The notes under the pieces: generated by a model
Told to the model about the DNA's origin: nothing
The model's input: the letters and a program-made list of their open reading frames with translations, nothing else
Databases searched by the model: none
Shown: positions 52,404 through 64,000 of the stretch, one piece after another
Position numbering within the stretch: position 1 is the stretch's first letter
Layout: each line of letters begins with the position of its first letter
Source of the DNA: Anolis carolinensis
Lineage: Eukaryota
Assembly: GCF_035594765.1 (NCBI RefSeq)
Contig: NC_085846.1
Span: forward strand, 13,999,190-14,063,189
DNA: 64,000 nucleotides
Direction: 5' to 3'
Made by a program: the position numbers and the translations under genes

Positions 52404-54467
52404 CAGGACAGGGAATGCCAGAGCTCCGCCTCCCCGCGGGCAGAAAAACGCCAGCGCGTTTTCACCAATCAGCGGGAAGGAGATTGTAAAAGGCAAACCA
52501 ATTAGAACTCGCAGACAGCTGTACAATCGGAGGCCAGGTGGGCTAAAAAAAGGCCAGGCTATTTCTATGGTGCCTTCGATTTGTGAAAAAGCTATGTATG
52601 GTTTTCAGGTTGAAAATTGTAATTGCGCCAAACGAGTAACACGCCGTTCCCAAGTTAGGAACAAAATAGAGTTTGTTTTGCTGTCTGTGCCCCTATTCAG
52701 GTTTCACTTCACTTTCCTTCTCTGTGGTAACTGGATTTTGGAAAATTTGGCTTGTTGTGGAAACAAGGATTGGTGGGAAAGTTTCAGTGGAGACACCTTT
52801 TCTCCATAATAAAGGAGTGAATTTCCCTTTCTAGGGGCAGATATCGCTCACTTCCAGTTGTCTCATTGGTGTAAAACAAAACAAAAGGAGGTTGGCACAG
52901 CACAAACCAGAAATCCCAGGGATCACTGACAGAAGGATTATGGGACCTGTATTTCAAAACGTGACTTCTCTGACTTACCCATAATCCACAAGTAGGCTCA
53001 GGCAATGGACATGTTATCTGGAGATGAAGGAAATCCTGAAGCTCTCTAACCAAGTACTCTAGTCCACTTTGGAAATTAAAAAAAAAAAAGTAGAGCCAGA
53101 GAATAATGCAGGCCTTTTCAAGTTGGTGAACTGCCGCTCCCAGCATTCTTCACCTTTGGCGACCTTTGCAAGCCTTCTGGAATTTGCCATTCACATATCA
53201 CACTAGTCCAGATGAGCTAGATCCATATAAAAACAACTGAGAAAGCAGGTAGGAAAAAGTGAAAATCCCTCCAGATTTGTTTTCTCCCCATTTTTTTTGC
53301 TGAAAGTATGAAGCTAATTTTATTATAATTCTAATGTATTTTGGCCCCTGCAAAAGTATTATTTTTAACAATCAGGGTGTGACTCAAAATTATTCAGGGA
53401 CATTAAGGTGGCTAATATCCATTTGTGTGGTAAAAGTTACTCTAATGCTGGCTAAAGGATTCTAGTCCAAGAAAAAGTTTCCATCTCAATACACAAACTA
53501 AGAAAATCCTTGTTAACTGAAGTGTTCTTTCCCACCAATAGATTTTACCCAAAGGTTTGAGAGATGAATCAAAAGCAAAAAGATTGTCCTCAGGCCCATT
53601 TGTTTTCCAACCCTGATCCTGAAGTCCTGGGATCCTGAAGATTTGTAACTTAAGGAGACGTCACAAAAAGGATAAAGATTTGTATAAAGGTTGCATTTGT
53701 TAGTAATATAAGTAAACATGCAAACTTAGACATAATCACTGGACTTTCAGTAGATATATAACATCCTACTATACTGAGGATGAGGCTTGCCATGCCATGC
53801 AACTTGTTTGCCTACTGTCCATATAATAAGCAAGCTTCAACAATTCCTATGCTCTCTTATTGAGCTAACGTGGTAAAGCTAAGATAGGGCTTTGAGAGAC
53901 CAGAGTTCAAACTTCTGCTCAGCCATGGAAATCCAATACATAACTTCAGTCACATCCAAAACCCACTAGTAAAGGCAAATCACACTCTGCCTAAGAGAAA
54001 AGCAATGCATACCTCTGGGGCTGGATCTACACTGCCATACAATCCAGTTTCTAAATTCAGATTACTGGCTTTGAATTGGATTATGTAAATTGAAATTGCC
54101 ATATAATCCAATTTGAAGTAGATAATCTGGATTCAGAAACTGGATTATATGGGAGTGTAGGTGGGGACTGTATAAATCTCACTAAGAAAACCCTACAACG
54201 CAGTTCCCATAAGTCAGCATTGATTTGAAGGAACGTAACAAGAACCTCCATAGGAATGTTTTGTATTTTTGAATCAGATTTGAATTGGACCACACTTGGA
54301 ATAGGCTGCACTTCGCCTGCATACTGAATTCATTTAATTATTGTATTGCCTATGCCCTCCCTTCTTTTTTTGCCTTGATCTCCAACCAAACAAAATACAG
54401 CAAATGAGTAGTAATTCCCCTTTAAACAACACATAGAGCCAACATATACCTGCTTTGATCCAAAATG

Positions 54468-54665
54468 ATAAGGGGTTAAAACCATGTGCCAGCTGAACTG
54501 CTGACCTGAAGGTTGCCAGTTCAAATGTGCAAGATGGGGTGACCACCTGTCAGTCAGCTCTAGCTTGCGGGAACAAAAGAGAAACCTCCCAGCAACACAT
54601 CCAGGCATCCCCTGGGCAACGTCTCTGTAATCCCATTCTCTCACACCAGAAGCCATCTGACAAAA
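54468..54665 (+). mobile_element. Degenerate SINE2-like copy
   Basis: Partial homology to 6652. Confidence 0.55.
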
Positions 54666-56673
54666 TAAAATAATAATAATAAATTTTTTTAACAAAACCC
54701 AAAGAGGATTGCCTGACACTGGTTTCATTTTCAGGATGTTATGACCTGCCGTGGGGCCAAAGGAAGCTGGTCCTGGGCTGCTGCAGCTTGACCAGCTCTG
54801 AAGTAGAAGTCGCCTTGAAATAAAGGACTGCTTCCCGAGGAGGCCATCTCACTATCTTACACATGGAGCTCTTATCAGTGTTAAAACTGCCTTGCTCTCT
54901 CTGGCACAGATGTGCATACATGCACAAACTCTTAGAAAAATACCCATCCAGAAGGCTTGCATTCCACGAAAGATAAGACACTGGAATTTGATCGGGAACA
55001 TATTTTATTAGATTACTTTCAAGGACCTACCTTAAAGGAACAAAACAAAGGTAGGGGAAGAGGAGTAACACTCAACTATTTGTCAGTAAATAATTCAAAA
55101 GGGGTGAGAGATCGTAGATCACTGTACTGGAATCTGAATTCATTCACAGATCATGTAGGAACCAATCTATCAAAGGCAACAAACCACAGTCAGGCCAAGG
55201 CTGAATTCACGTAATTCCTGTATTCCCTTCTCCTTTTCTTCTTCCTCTCTGGCCAAAAAATACAGCCAAGGGGCTGGCCTTTTTTTTGAAAATTGGAAAA
55301 CTGGCACCCAACCAGCATCTTAATTTTTCAGTTTTTTCCTGTTTGCTCTGTAGTTTAATTTAATGTAGTTTTTGGATTCAAAGGATCTAAATTTCTTCCT
55401 GACATGCTGCTATCTCCTGCATGACCTCTGAAATGTGAAAGACTGCTTTGAAACATGGACATATAAACCAAGGTCAGCCAAAAAACATTGTCTGCCCCTA
55501 GCCCTCATGTAGCTTAATAAAAAGGAGAAATGTATCCAGATATCCAATATCGTTTCAAACATATCTGCTCTTTACTGAAATATTATCACCTGACTTGTGG
55601 TCTCAGAATCTTGCAGATATTTTTTGTATTTCTTTGATTGGTTTTAACTGTGGAAGCAATCGTACTTCCACATATTATGGGATTTGTCTTATGGTGAATA
55701 GACATTAAGAGCTAGGTACTCAACAAAATATGTTGTTCTATGTTGTTAGCATTAATTATAAAACATTTTCAAGGACTGAAGCTGAACATCCAAGGAAATT
55801 CACCCCTTCAGCCTTTCAACAGTTTTTAGACACAGAGAAATGATTCAAAACAAATTTCTATTTCCTTGGCAAGTTAAAACCAAGGAAAATGGGGTCAGAA
55901 ACAGAAGCAAAACAATATCCTGCTATTAGGAAAAAATGTATTGCTTAATGGAGGTCCTCAATGCTTTAGACTATAATTCCCACAATTCCTATCTACTGGT
56001 CATACTAGGTGGGGGCAATTAGAGTTTGCAGGCCAAGACCTTCAGAAGACCAACATTTTCCCATTAGAGATTTTTGTTATTACAGAGACTGGGAAGTGCT
56101 GAAGGAGAGAGTAACCTGCGTCCCAGCTCAGCACTTCACTTGACAATGTCACCAGAGAACCTTATATCCTGTCTGAGAACTGGAAGAGCCACCTCCCATT
56201 CTGGGAACTACTGAGCACTGACAACTATCTGGGGCAAAATAATTTTAGCACCATTCCCAAGTAACTATGGAAGCAGCAGCTTTGACCAAGGGGTAAATGT
56301 TATGGGAATAGGTTCACTGTGCCTTTGGATATTACGAATCTAAAAAATCTCAATTTCTGATCTAAGCAAGCCTTCATTGCTGCCCCCAAGAGGTTATAAC
56401 TGCCAAGCATGTGCAACATACTCTATTTAACAGTAGTGGAGCAATAGTAAATAACATCAATAATACTTGTTTTCTCAATTCATTTTAAGATGGCAAGTCC
56501 TTGCCCTATAGTAACAGACCAGGGAAAAGGGTAAGGACAAGCAAAGTTCAATCACGCTTGCCAGAGTGACATTTCCAATGTAACCGATCACTTCCGCTGC
56601 CATTGCAGGTTGGAGGTAGAGGAAAACTGTGCTGATAGGGACTATAATTAGGCAGAGATGGGGGTTCCTTCCG

Positions 56674-58122
56674 TTAATCAATGCCACGGTGAAGCTTGAC
56701 GTGGCGGGAGAGGTTGCTCAAGGTGATGAAGCCTTTGTGGCAGACGGAACATTTGAAAGGACGGTCGCCACTGTGGAGCAGGCGGTGACGCTTTAAGTAG
56801 CACTCGTGCCGGAAAAATTTGCCGCATTCGGTGCACTGGTAGGGCTTCTCCCCAGTGTGCACCAAAACGTGGCGGTCCAGATCCCGGGGACTTCGGAAGT
56901 ATTTTTCACACTCACTGCATTTGTAAAGCTTCTTTCCGGGCCGAGAGGGGAATGTCCGAAGGTCCAGTTGGGGCAAAAGATGGCGTTCCAACTCGCTGCC
57001 CGGCCCTGGCATTGACGAAGGAGAGACGGCGTGGCTGAGCTGGTGCTCCTCCAAGATTTGCAAGTTCACAAAGGGTTGCCCGCAAATGCCGCATGTGAAG
57101 GAGGGCTCCCCTCCATGGGCAGTCAAGTGAGCGGCCAGAGTGTTGCCATTGGCAAAAAAGGTCCCGCAGTCGCACTGGTACAGTGTCTCTGGGGGGCTGG
57201 CGTCTGGAGGCCGGCAAGTCGGGCAACCACTGCTATGCTGTAGGACTTTCACCTCCTCCTGCTCTCCTTTTGGCTCTGCTTCCAGGCTCGGTGGTTCTGA
57301 CACCGTGTCACTCTGCTGGACTTTCTCGGAGCAAACTGGGCATGGCGGCGGCCTGCCCTTTACATGGGTGAGTTTGTGGCGTTCTAACAGAGAGGCAGCA
57401 TTGAAGTCCTTCTCACACTCTGGGCATTTGAAGGGCTTAATGTCAGTATGGGCCAGCCAATGGCGACGCAGCTCTGACGCCAACTGAAAGTGCCGCCCGC
57501 AGGCCCCGCATCCAAAGGGAGTGGCCCGTCCTCGCCCAGCACTGCAGAGGTGGCCAAGAGGGCTCTGCTCTTTGCCACAGGCCAGGCAGCGGGGCACGGG
57601 AGCTTGAGGGATTGCGGCCGCAGCAGAAGTGCGGTGTTGCCTCTTGAGATGGCGGCCTAAACTGCTGCGGGAGGAGAAGCGGAGCTCACAGACGGGGCAG
57701 CAGTACGGCTTCTCCCCAGTGTGCACCACCTGATGGTGGAGGAGCCCTGTTGAGTCGCGGAAACCTTTGGGACACATGGTGCAGCGGTAGGGGCGCTCCC
57801 CGGTGTGGCTCCGTATATGGTTCACCAGGTTAAAGGAATGCTTAAAGCTCTTGACACAGTGCGGGCACTGGAAAGGCTTCAGCTCTGTGTGCCGGGCAAA
57901 ATGCCGGCGCAAGTCTGAGCGATAGCGGAAACTTTTGTCACACTCAGAGCAGTGGAAAGGGGCCCGGGCACCCATCCCATTGTCTGTCAGGAGGGACGGG
58001 TCATCTTCTACATCTGAGTAGAGAACTGCACACCTTTCCATCGTTATTGTGGTAGTGCGAACAGCAGCTGAAGCATCAAGGGAGCACTGGCCTTCTGGCC
58101 ACACTTCACCACAATTCTCCAT
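56674..58122 (-). CDS. FIZ1: FLT3-interacting zinc finger protein 1, 482 aa, 11 C2H2 fingers
   Basis: PFHCSECDKSFRYRSDLRRHFARH..GFRDSTGLLHHQVVH..FSSRSSLGRHLKRQH matches FIZ1; 4+2+2+3 finger arrangement; splice acceptor ~16 nt upstream of ATG; exact start codon uncertain. Confidence 0.9.
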   Translation of the reverse strand: MENCGEVWPEGQCSLDASAAVRTTTITMERCAVLYSDVEDDPSLLTDNGMGARAPFHCSECDKSFRYRSDLRRHFARHTELKPFQCPHCVKSFKHSFNLVNHIRSHTGERPYRCTMCPKGFRDSTGLLHHQVVHTGEKPYCCPVCELRFSSRSSLGRHLKRQHRTSAAAAIPQAPVPRCLACGKEQSPLGHLCSAGRGRATPFGCGACGRHFQLASELRRHWLAHTDIKPFKCPECEKDFNAASLLERHKLTHVKGRPPPCPVCSEKVQQSDTVSEPPSLEAEPKGEQEEVKVLQHSSGCPTCRPPDASPPETLYQCDCGTFFANGNTLAAHLTAHGGEPSFTCGICGQPFVNLQILEEHQLSHAVSPSSMPGPGSELERHLLPQLDLRTFPSRPGKKLYKCSECEKYFRSPRDLDRHVLVHTGEKPYQCTECGKFFRHECYLKRHRLLHSGDRPFKCSVCHKGFITLSNLSRHVKLHRGID

Positions 58123-58264
58123 CTATGCAAGACTGCTTCTAGGGAGCAAAAAGGAAAAAGTGCATCAAGTCAGAGAGCAACATAAGAGGCCCAACTCCCC
58201 CGTATGACTCCTCCTCTCCCATACACATAGACACCACTGCACACATGCACACATAGAATAACAG

Positions 58265-58455
58265 AATTGTAGAATCATAGAGTAGGAAGAGACCACAAAA
58301 GCCACCCAGTCCAAACCCCTTCTGCCGTGCAGGGAAACCCAATCCAAGCCCTCCTGACACATAGTCATTCAACCTCTGCTTAAAAACCCCCAGAAAGACC
58401 CCATCATAATCTGAGACAGCATATTACACTACTGAACAGCTCTTATGGTCAGGAA
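58265..58455 (-). mobile_element. CR1 3' fragment
   Basis: AGAATCATAGA tail, homology to 30945. Confidence 0.6.
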
Positions 58456-59042
58456 TGTCAGAGTATTTGCAGCGCAGCAGTAGTTGGATGGAAGCAGTGG
58501 AACGCAGAACGAAGAGACACTTAGAGATGTTGGTAAAACTATTTACAAAGTTTTACTGTATGCAGCAGTAATCAACACAAACAGACTTGCAGACGGCAGA
58601 CGAACACAGGACTGTTCTGTTCTCCAACAGAACTTGACACGAACTCTAGGCAGACAGAACTCAACTGAATCATTATACACAAACACTTGTGTCTGGATAC
58701 TCCCTAGTTCCAGCCACACATCAAGGTCATCATAGCTTCTTAGCAATTAACTCTTTCCATATTATTGTGGAAATTATTGTACATTCTGGATGATGCAATC
58801 AGTTGCAATACAAGCATGGCACAAATTGCATTTAAACACTATCAATACACAAATCCCACATTAACATGTATGTCAACTAAGCCAGAGGACTTGAGGAATT
58901 CTCAAACCTTCTCAGTTCCATTAAATGACATGCAACAGATATAGGAAGGGATGTCAAAATCAGCACCCAGTGACTATGAGCACGACTGACGTCAAGAAAA
59001 CCCCAGCGTAGACTCATATAACACAACTTAGGTGCATTTTTT

Positions 59043-59305
59043 TTTATTTATCGTGTCAGAAGCGAATTGAGAATACAGCTACAATGTATAGAAAAACCAC
59101 AAACAAAGTTAAAAACTTGGCATTATACTCAATGTCCTTTGACCAGAAGCTGTCCACTTCAAGTGCCTCTGGTGTCGCTCTAAGAAGGTCCTCCATTGTG
59201 CATGTGGCGGGGCTCAGACCACATTGTAGTAAGTGGTCTGTGGTTTGCTCTTCTCCGCACTCACATATTGTGGTCTCCACTTTGTAGCCCCATTTCTTAA
59301 GGTTT
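59043..59305 (-). mobile_element. Vingi-like LINE 3' fragment
   Basis: CECGEEQTTDHLLQC zinc knuckle; CTTCTGACACGATAAA end. Confidence 0.75.
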
Positions 59306-60009
59306 AAGTTTAGCTGTGTTGCACCGCATTACATGAGTCTACACTGACCACATAATGCAGTTTCAAACATGGCAGCGTGGATAGGATCTCGGCCATTCAC
59401 AAAGACCGTTTTGGAGTGTTTGGGGTATTGGAATACCAGGTAAGGGATACTCAACCGTGTGTGAGAATATGTATATATACACACAAATACACATACACAC
59501 ATATACGGCCACATGTCATTCGCAATCATGGGACAAACCCACCCATTTACTGTCAAATGCTCTGTTTTGTTTATTTTGAATTGTTTTAGTCTATTGTTGT
59601 ATTTTACGGCACTGAATGTTTGCCTTATGCTGTGAACTGCCCTGAGTCTCCATGGGGAGATAGGACAGGATATAAGGAAAGTTTTACTTACTCAAGTTGA
59701 GCCTAAAGGTGTCATCTGTTTGGTCTCATTGTAGGGCGTCACCAGGGTTTAAGTGACATGGTTAGTTAGTTGTCCTTCGCCCCATCGATTCAACACACTC
59801 AGGATGCATCCACACTGTGGAGTTATTGCAGTTTGACACCGCTTTGACGGCTATGGCTCAATACTTTAGAAACCTGGGAGTTGTAGTTGGTTGAAGCACC
59901 AGTAGGGGTAGACTCAAGGCCTTCTAAAACTACAGCCTCCATGATTCCATAACACTGAGCTATGGCAGTTAAAAGCGGTGTCAAACTGCGTTAACTCTAC
60001 AGTGTGGAC

Positions 60010-60179
60010 CGGGTATGGGCCAACTTGGGCCCTCCGGGTGTTTTGGACCAACTCCCACCATTCCTAACAGCCTCAGGCCCCTTCCTTTCCCCCCTCAGCC
60101 GGTTAAGGGCCTGAGGCTGTTAGGAATGGTGGGAGTTGAAGTCCAAAACACCCGGGGGGCCCAAATTGGCCCATACCTG
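60010..60179. mobile_element. Palindromic hAT-like MITE
   Basis: Inverted arms, same family as 5296. Confidence 0.8.
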
Positions 60180-60247
60180 ATCTAAATGCTTGGCTTGTGT
60201 GGGTGGAACCACCAACCCGCCCTCCCCGCCCCCTCCCTGATACTCAC

Positions 60248-60620
60248 AACTTGTCCTGGGTCTCGCCATTGGAGGCAGAGGAGGGGGAGCCGAGCCTCTG
60301 CCACCCCCTCGGGAGACCCGGATGCAGGCCCCTCTGGCGCCTGGAGGCGCCCTCCGCCCTCCGCTCCGGCCCCCGAGGAAGTTAACAACAGGTCACCCCA
60401 GAGCCACCCCCAGCCCGCCTCCATCTTTTCTACGGGCAAAGAGTGGGGAGGTGCGCCAGCAGCCTCCGCTCCCGCCATCTTTACTCTGGGAAAGGGGAAA
60501 CGAGCGGCAGGAGCCGTGGTGCCGCCATCTTTACTGTGGGCACGTAAGGGAAGGGGGAGGAGCCACCTCCGGGCGCCATTTTTGGTGTGGGCAAAAGGGA
60601 GCCGGGAAAGGAGAAAGGAA
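60248..60620 (-). promoter_or_regulatory. CpG-island promoter / first exon of FIZ1
   Basis: GC/CpG-rich, four AANATGG(C/A)G YY1-type motifs on minus strand, donor GTT|GTGAGT at 60248/60247. Confidence 0.65.
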
Positions 60621-60794
60621 AAGGGAAGTAGCATCCTGTAATGAAAGGACAATGAAATTGACATCTCCGGCCCATCCTCTGTTCGGGTATCAACGTCAAC
60701 GTCTTAAATACAAAAAAATAGCTTCCTAAGATCTACATACAGTACTCGCAAGGAACCCCTCAGCTAGCAAGAGTCCAAAAGCGGCAGGCTAAAA

Positions 60795-61290
60795 CCTGGT
60801 GGCACAATGTGTTAAAGCGCTGAGCTGCTGAACTTGCGGACCAAAAGGTCCCAGGTTCAAATACCGGGAGCAGAATGAGTGCCCGCTGTTAACCCCAGCT
60901 CCTGCCAACCTAGCAGTTCGAAAACATGGCAAATGTGAGTATTATTATTATTATTACTTACAGTATTTATATTCTGCCCTTCTCACCCCGAAGGGGACTC
61001 AGGGCGGATCACATTACACATATAAGGCAAACATTCAATGCCTCAACATAGAACAAAGACAAACGGAGGCTCCGAGCTGGCCTCGAACTCATGACCTCTT
61101 GGTCAGAGTGATTTGTAGATCAATAGGTACCGCTCTGGCAGGAAGGTAACGGAGCTCCATGTGGTCATGCTGGCCACATGACCTTGGAGGTGTCTATGGA
61201 CGTCGGTTCTTCGGCTTAGAAATTGAGATGAGCACCAACCCCCAGAGTCGGTCACGACTGGACTTAACGTCAGGGGAAACCTTTACCTTT
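60795..61290 (+). mobile_element. Sauria SINE interrupted by a short antisense tRNA/L2-tail element (~60941-61116)
   Basis: SINE core split at GTGAGT|AGATCAATAGG. Confidence 0.7.
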
Positions 61291-61464
61291 ATCTTAAGAT
61301 CTACATACCCGCAAGGAGCCCCTCAGCTACATACAGTACTCGCAAGGAACCCCTCAGCTAGCAAGAGTCCAAAAGCGGCAGGCTAAAACCTGGACCCTCA
61401 ATCAGTGGCCGAGACCGGAGGAGAAACTCTCTCCTGGGCACACAGAAAACTGGGCGACTTGGAA

Positions 61465-61730
61465 GGCACGGAACAGATGCACTTTGGCACCACGAGATGC
61501 AAAGCCACCCTTAAGAAATGGAGCTACAAAGTGGAGTCCACGACATGCGAGTGTGGGGAAGCGCAAACCACAGACCACTTACTACAATGTGGTCTGAGCC
61601 CTGCCGTATGCAAAATGGAGGACCTTCTTCCAGTGACACCAGAGGCACTCAAACGACCAGCTTCTAGTCAAAGATATTGTAGTATAATGTCAAGTTTTTA
61701 ACTTTGTAGTTTTTTAATAGATTATAACTA
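61465..61730 (+). mobile_element. Vingi-like LINE 3' fragment
   Basis: KKWSYKVESTTCECGEAQTTDHLLQC. Confidence 0.7.
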
Positions 61731-63799
61731 TGGGTGTGTCTACATCGCAGAACGATTGCAGTTTGACACTATTTTAACTGCCATGACTCAATGCTGTGAA
61801 ATGCTGGGATTTGTAGTTTGTCAGAGAAGGCTAAATACCTTGTAAAATGTCAGCTTCCTTGATTCCATAGCCTTGAGCCATGGCACATAAAGTGGCGTCA
61901 AACTCTATTAACCCTGTAGAAATAATGCAGCTTGACACGAGTTTAACTGCATAGCTCAATGCAAAGGTATTGTGGGATTTGTACTTTGGTGAAACACCAA
62001 CACTCTTTGGCAGGGAACCCTATGAAACATGACTTCATAGCATTCAGTCATGGGTGTTAAAGTGGTGCCAAATTGCATTCATTCTGCAATGTAAATGCAT
62101 TCCTATACCTGCTCTTAAGGCAAAATAAACAACAGCCCTGTAAATATTTAAAGAGTGCATTCAGGTTACTCATGTCTTCTCTTTACCAGGCTGAACATAC
62201 CCAGCTTTCTCAACCTTTCCTCACACGTTTGGCTCAACATTACGAAAAGCTTTCTGACAAGGAAGAGCAGTTTGACAGTAGAAAATGGTACCTCGGATTG
62301 TGGTGGTCTCCTTCTTTCGTTTTTACGCAGAGGCTGAATGGCCATCTGTCAGGATGACCCTTGGGGTCTCTTCCAGTTCTATGACTCTTAACAGCCTTGC
62401 TACTCTTCTTTGAACCCACTCCAAGTTCTAGATATACTTCTTAAAATGAGACACCTGAATGCAGTACTCCAAATGCATTGACACAGAGTATACTGTGACG
62501 ATTACTCTTTTTTGGGAAACTATGTGTCTGCTAATGCAAGCCAAAACGTATGTGCCTTCTTTGCTGAAGCATCACTGCTGGATCATATTCTGCTTATTAT
62601 CTACAATTTGCTCATTCTGAGTCAAGAAATGACTGGGGAAAAAGAAGCAAGCCCACCCCCAAAGACATTAGGGACTTGGAGCAATTGCATCATGGGTAAT
62701 CTGGCTCTGGATATGTGCACTTTGAAATGGCGCTTGCTGCTGGTGTTCCTAGTTAAAATATTTTTATTCATATCAATTAACTTTAAAGGTGACAGCTCTA
62801 TATTGAAAGTAAACCCCAGCTGTAATCTCTGCACATACTCAAACAGAATTTTTCAAAGCCTTGTAGAAAGATAGGTATTTTTATTTTTATTACACATAAA
62901 AAATCTTGTACAGAGTAAGGAGAGTGAACAACTACAGTTCAGACACAGGGAACAGAATCAGAAGAGTTTGGACTAACATGCAGGACTTCATGAAAATATT
63001 GAGAACTTCAGGATTTAGTAATGACAATAAACATGTCGAATATATGTACTTTCCGACAGCTGTAACAGGTGATAACACAAAGTACACTTTCTGAAATTTC
63101 ATCTTCCACAAGAGTTGTGATCTCTTAACTGCTTCTCATCACCCTGCAGATGAGGGATTTTGGATCAAAGACTTAAGAGGCAACATTATGATCTGGTTAA
63201 ATATATCAGCTGAGAAATGTGGGGCTGAGGACCAACAACCTGAAAAATTTATGTACAAAATGAATACAAAATAAGACAGAAGTATAATTGTCTTCAGGGA
63301 GTCACTGTCTCCGTTTAGTAAAGTGTTCATTTCCCTTTGTAGCCTGGAGCTTCATCTTCAGAAACCTGTAACTAGTCTCCATGTCTGTACTCAGGAATGA
63401 TAATCTAGCCCAACCTTAACTGATGTAAAGTTGCTCCCCCCATTGCCAGCATCTTGTTCTAAGAAATAATATTTCCTCAAAATGCGAAAATTAACACAAA
63501 ATCAAGAGTTTAAGGGATTCAGTGACTGCATATGCTTTCCTATCTTAGGGAAAGCAGGCTCTTAGTGAGACCCTGAATATTTAGGCATTCCCAGACTATT
63601 TAAAAAGAAAAGCTTTAAGGGGAAATGTCAAATCCTCAATAGCCCAGAGGCACTAAAGAGTTAAATATAATTCCAGGTTAGAAAAGTTTTGTTCCCTCCA
63701 CCCTTTATTTATTGTGTCCTGTTTCAAAAGATTTGGTCCCTCGGTTTTTGTGAGAAATACTGCTGCAGTTTCTGCCACTCTCAGCCTGAGTCTTTTAAA

Positions 63800-64000
63800 G
63801 CAAGGATCCTCATATCTCATTACTGGCCAAGCCAGTAAATTCAGAAATGGATTAAGAAAGTTGAGGATTTCGGAAAATTAGCAGGTTTCAAACTAAATAC
63901 AGAGAAAACCAAAATACTAACAAAGAATATGACCAAGGATAGGGTCAAAGAATTAGAGGAAGAATCAAAATTGAGAACAGAGAAGAAGATTAAATACTTA
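63800..64000 (+). mobile_element. L1-like ORF2 fragment running off the window
   Basis: Frame FGKLAGFKLNTEKTKIL..KIKYL resembles the post-YADD RT segment. Confidence 0.55.

Overview
Repeat-rich vertebrate genomic DNA, very probably an anole lizard (Sauria-SINE, Anolis-type SINE2/Vingi, Penelope-like, RTE, L2, CR1, Helitron and many MITE families; organism is inferred from repeat content). Genes from left to right: a single-exon urotensin-II-receptor-family GPCR (-), a two-exon C19orf85-like gene with a FAM181-like N-terminal motif (+), a ~17 kb replication-dependent histone cluster containing only H1, H3 and H4 (H1+, H3-, H4+, H4+, H3+, H1-, H4-; no H2A/H2B; all with 3' stem-loops), and FIZ1 (11 C2H2 fingers, -) with a CpG-island promoter built on tandem YY1 motifs. 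The most unusual non-coding signal is a family of minimal hammerhead-ribozyme motifs (CUGAGGA...GAAACGUC) carried by Penelope-like retroelement termini: 13 copies were read by eye, 11 of them inside or next to the histone cluster, including a perfect 212-bp palindrome with one intact ribozyme on each strand between the convergent H3 and H1 genes. Other structure: gene-converted inverted H1/H3 pairs, a duplicated H1 core promoter, a multi-level nested Tc2-like/Helitron composite, and a perfect 65-bp hairpin in the probable 3' UTR of the C19orf85-like gene. Repeat boundaries are approximate unless TSD/TIR evidence is given. One assembly gap (7958-8103).
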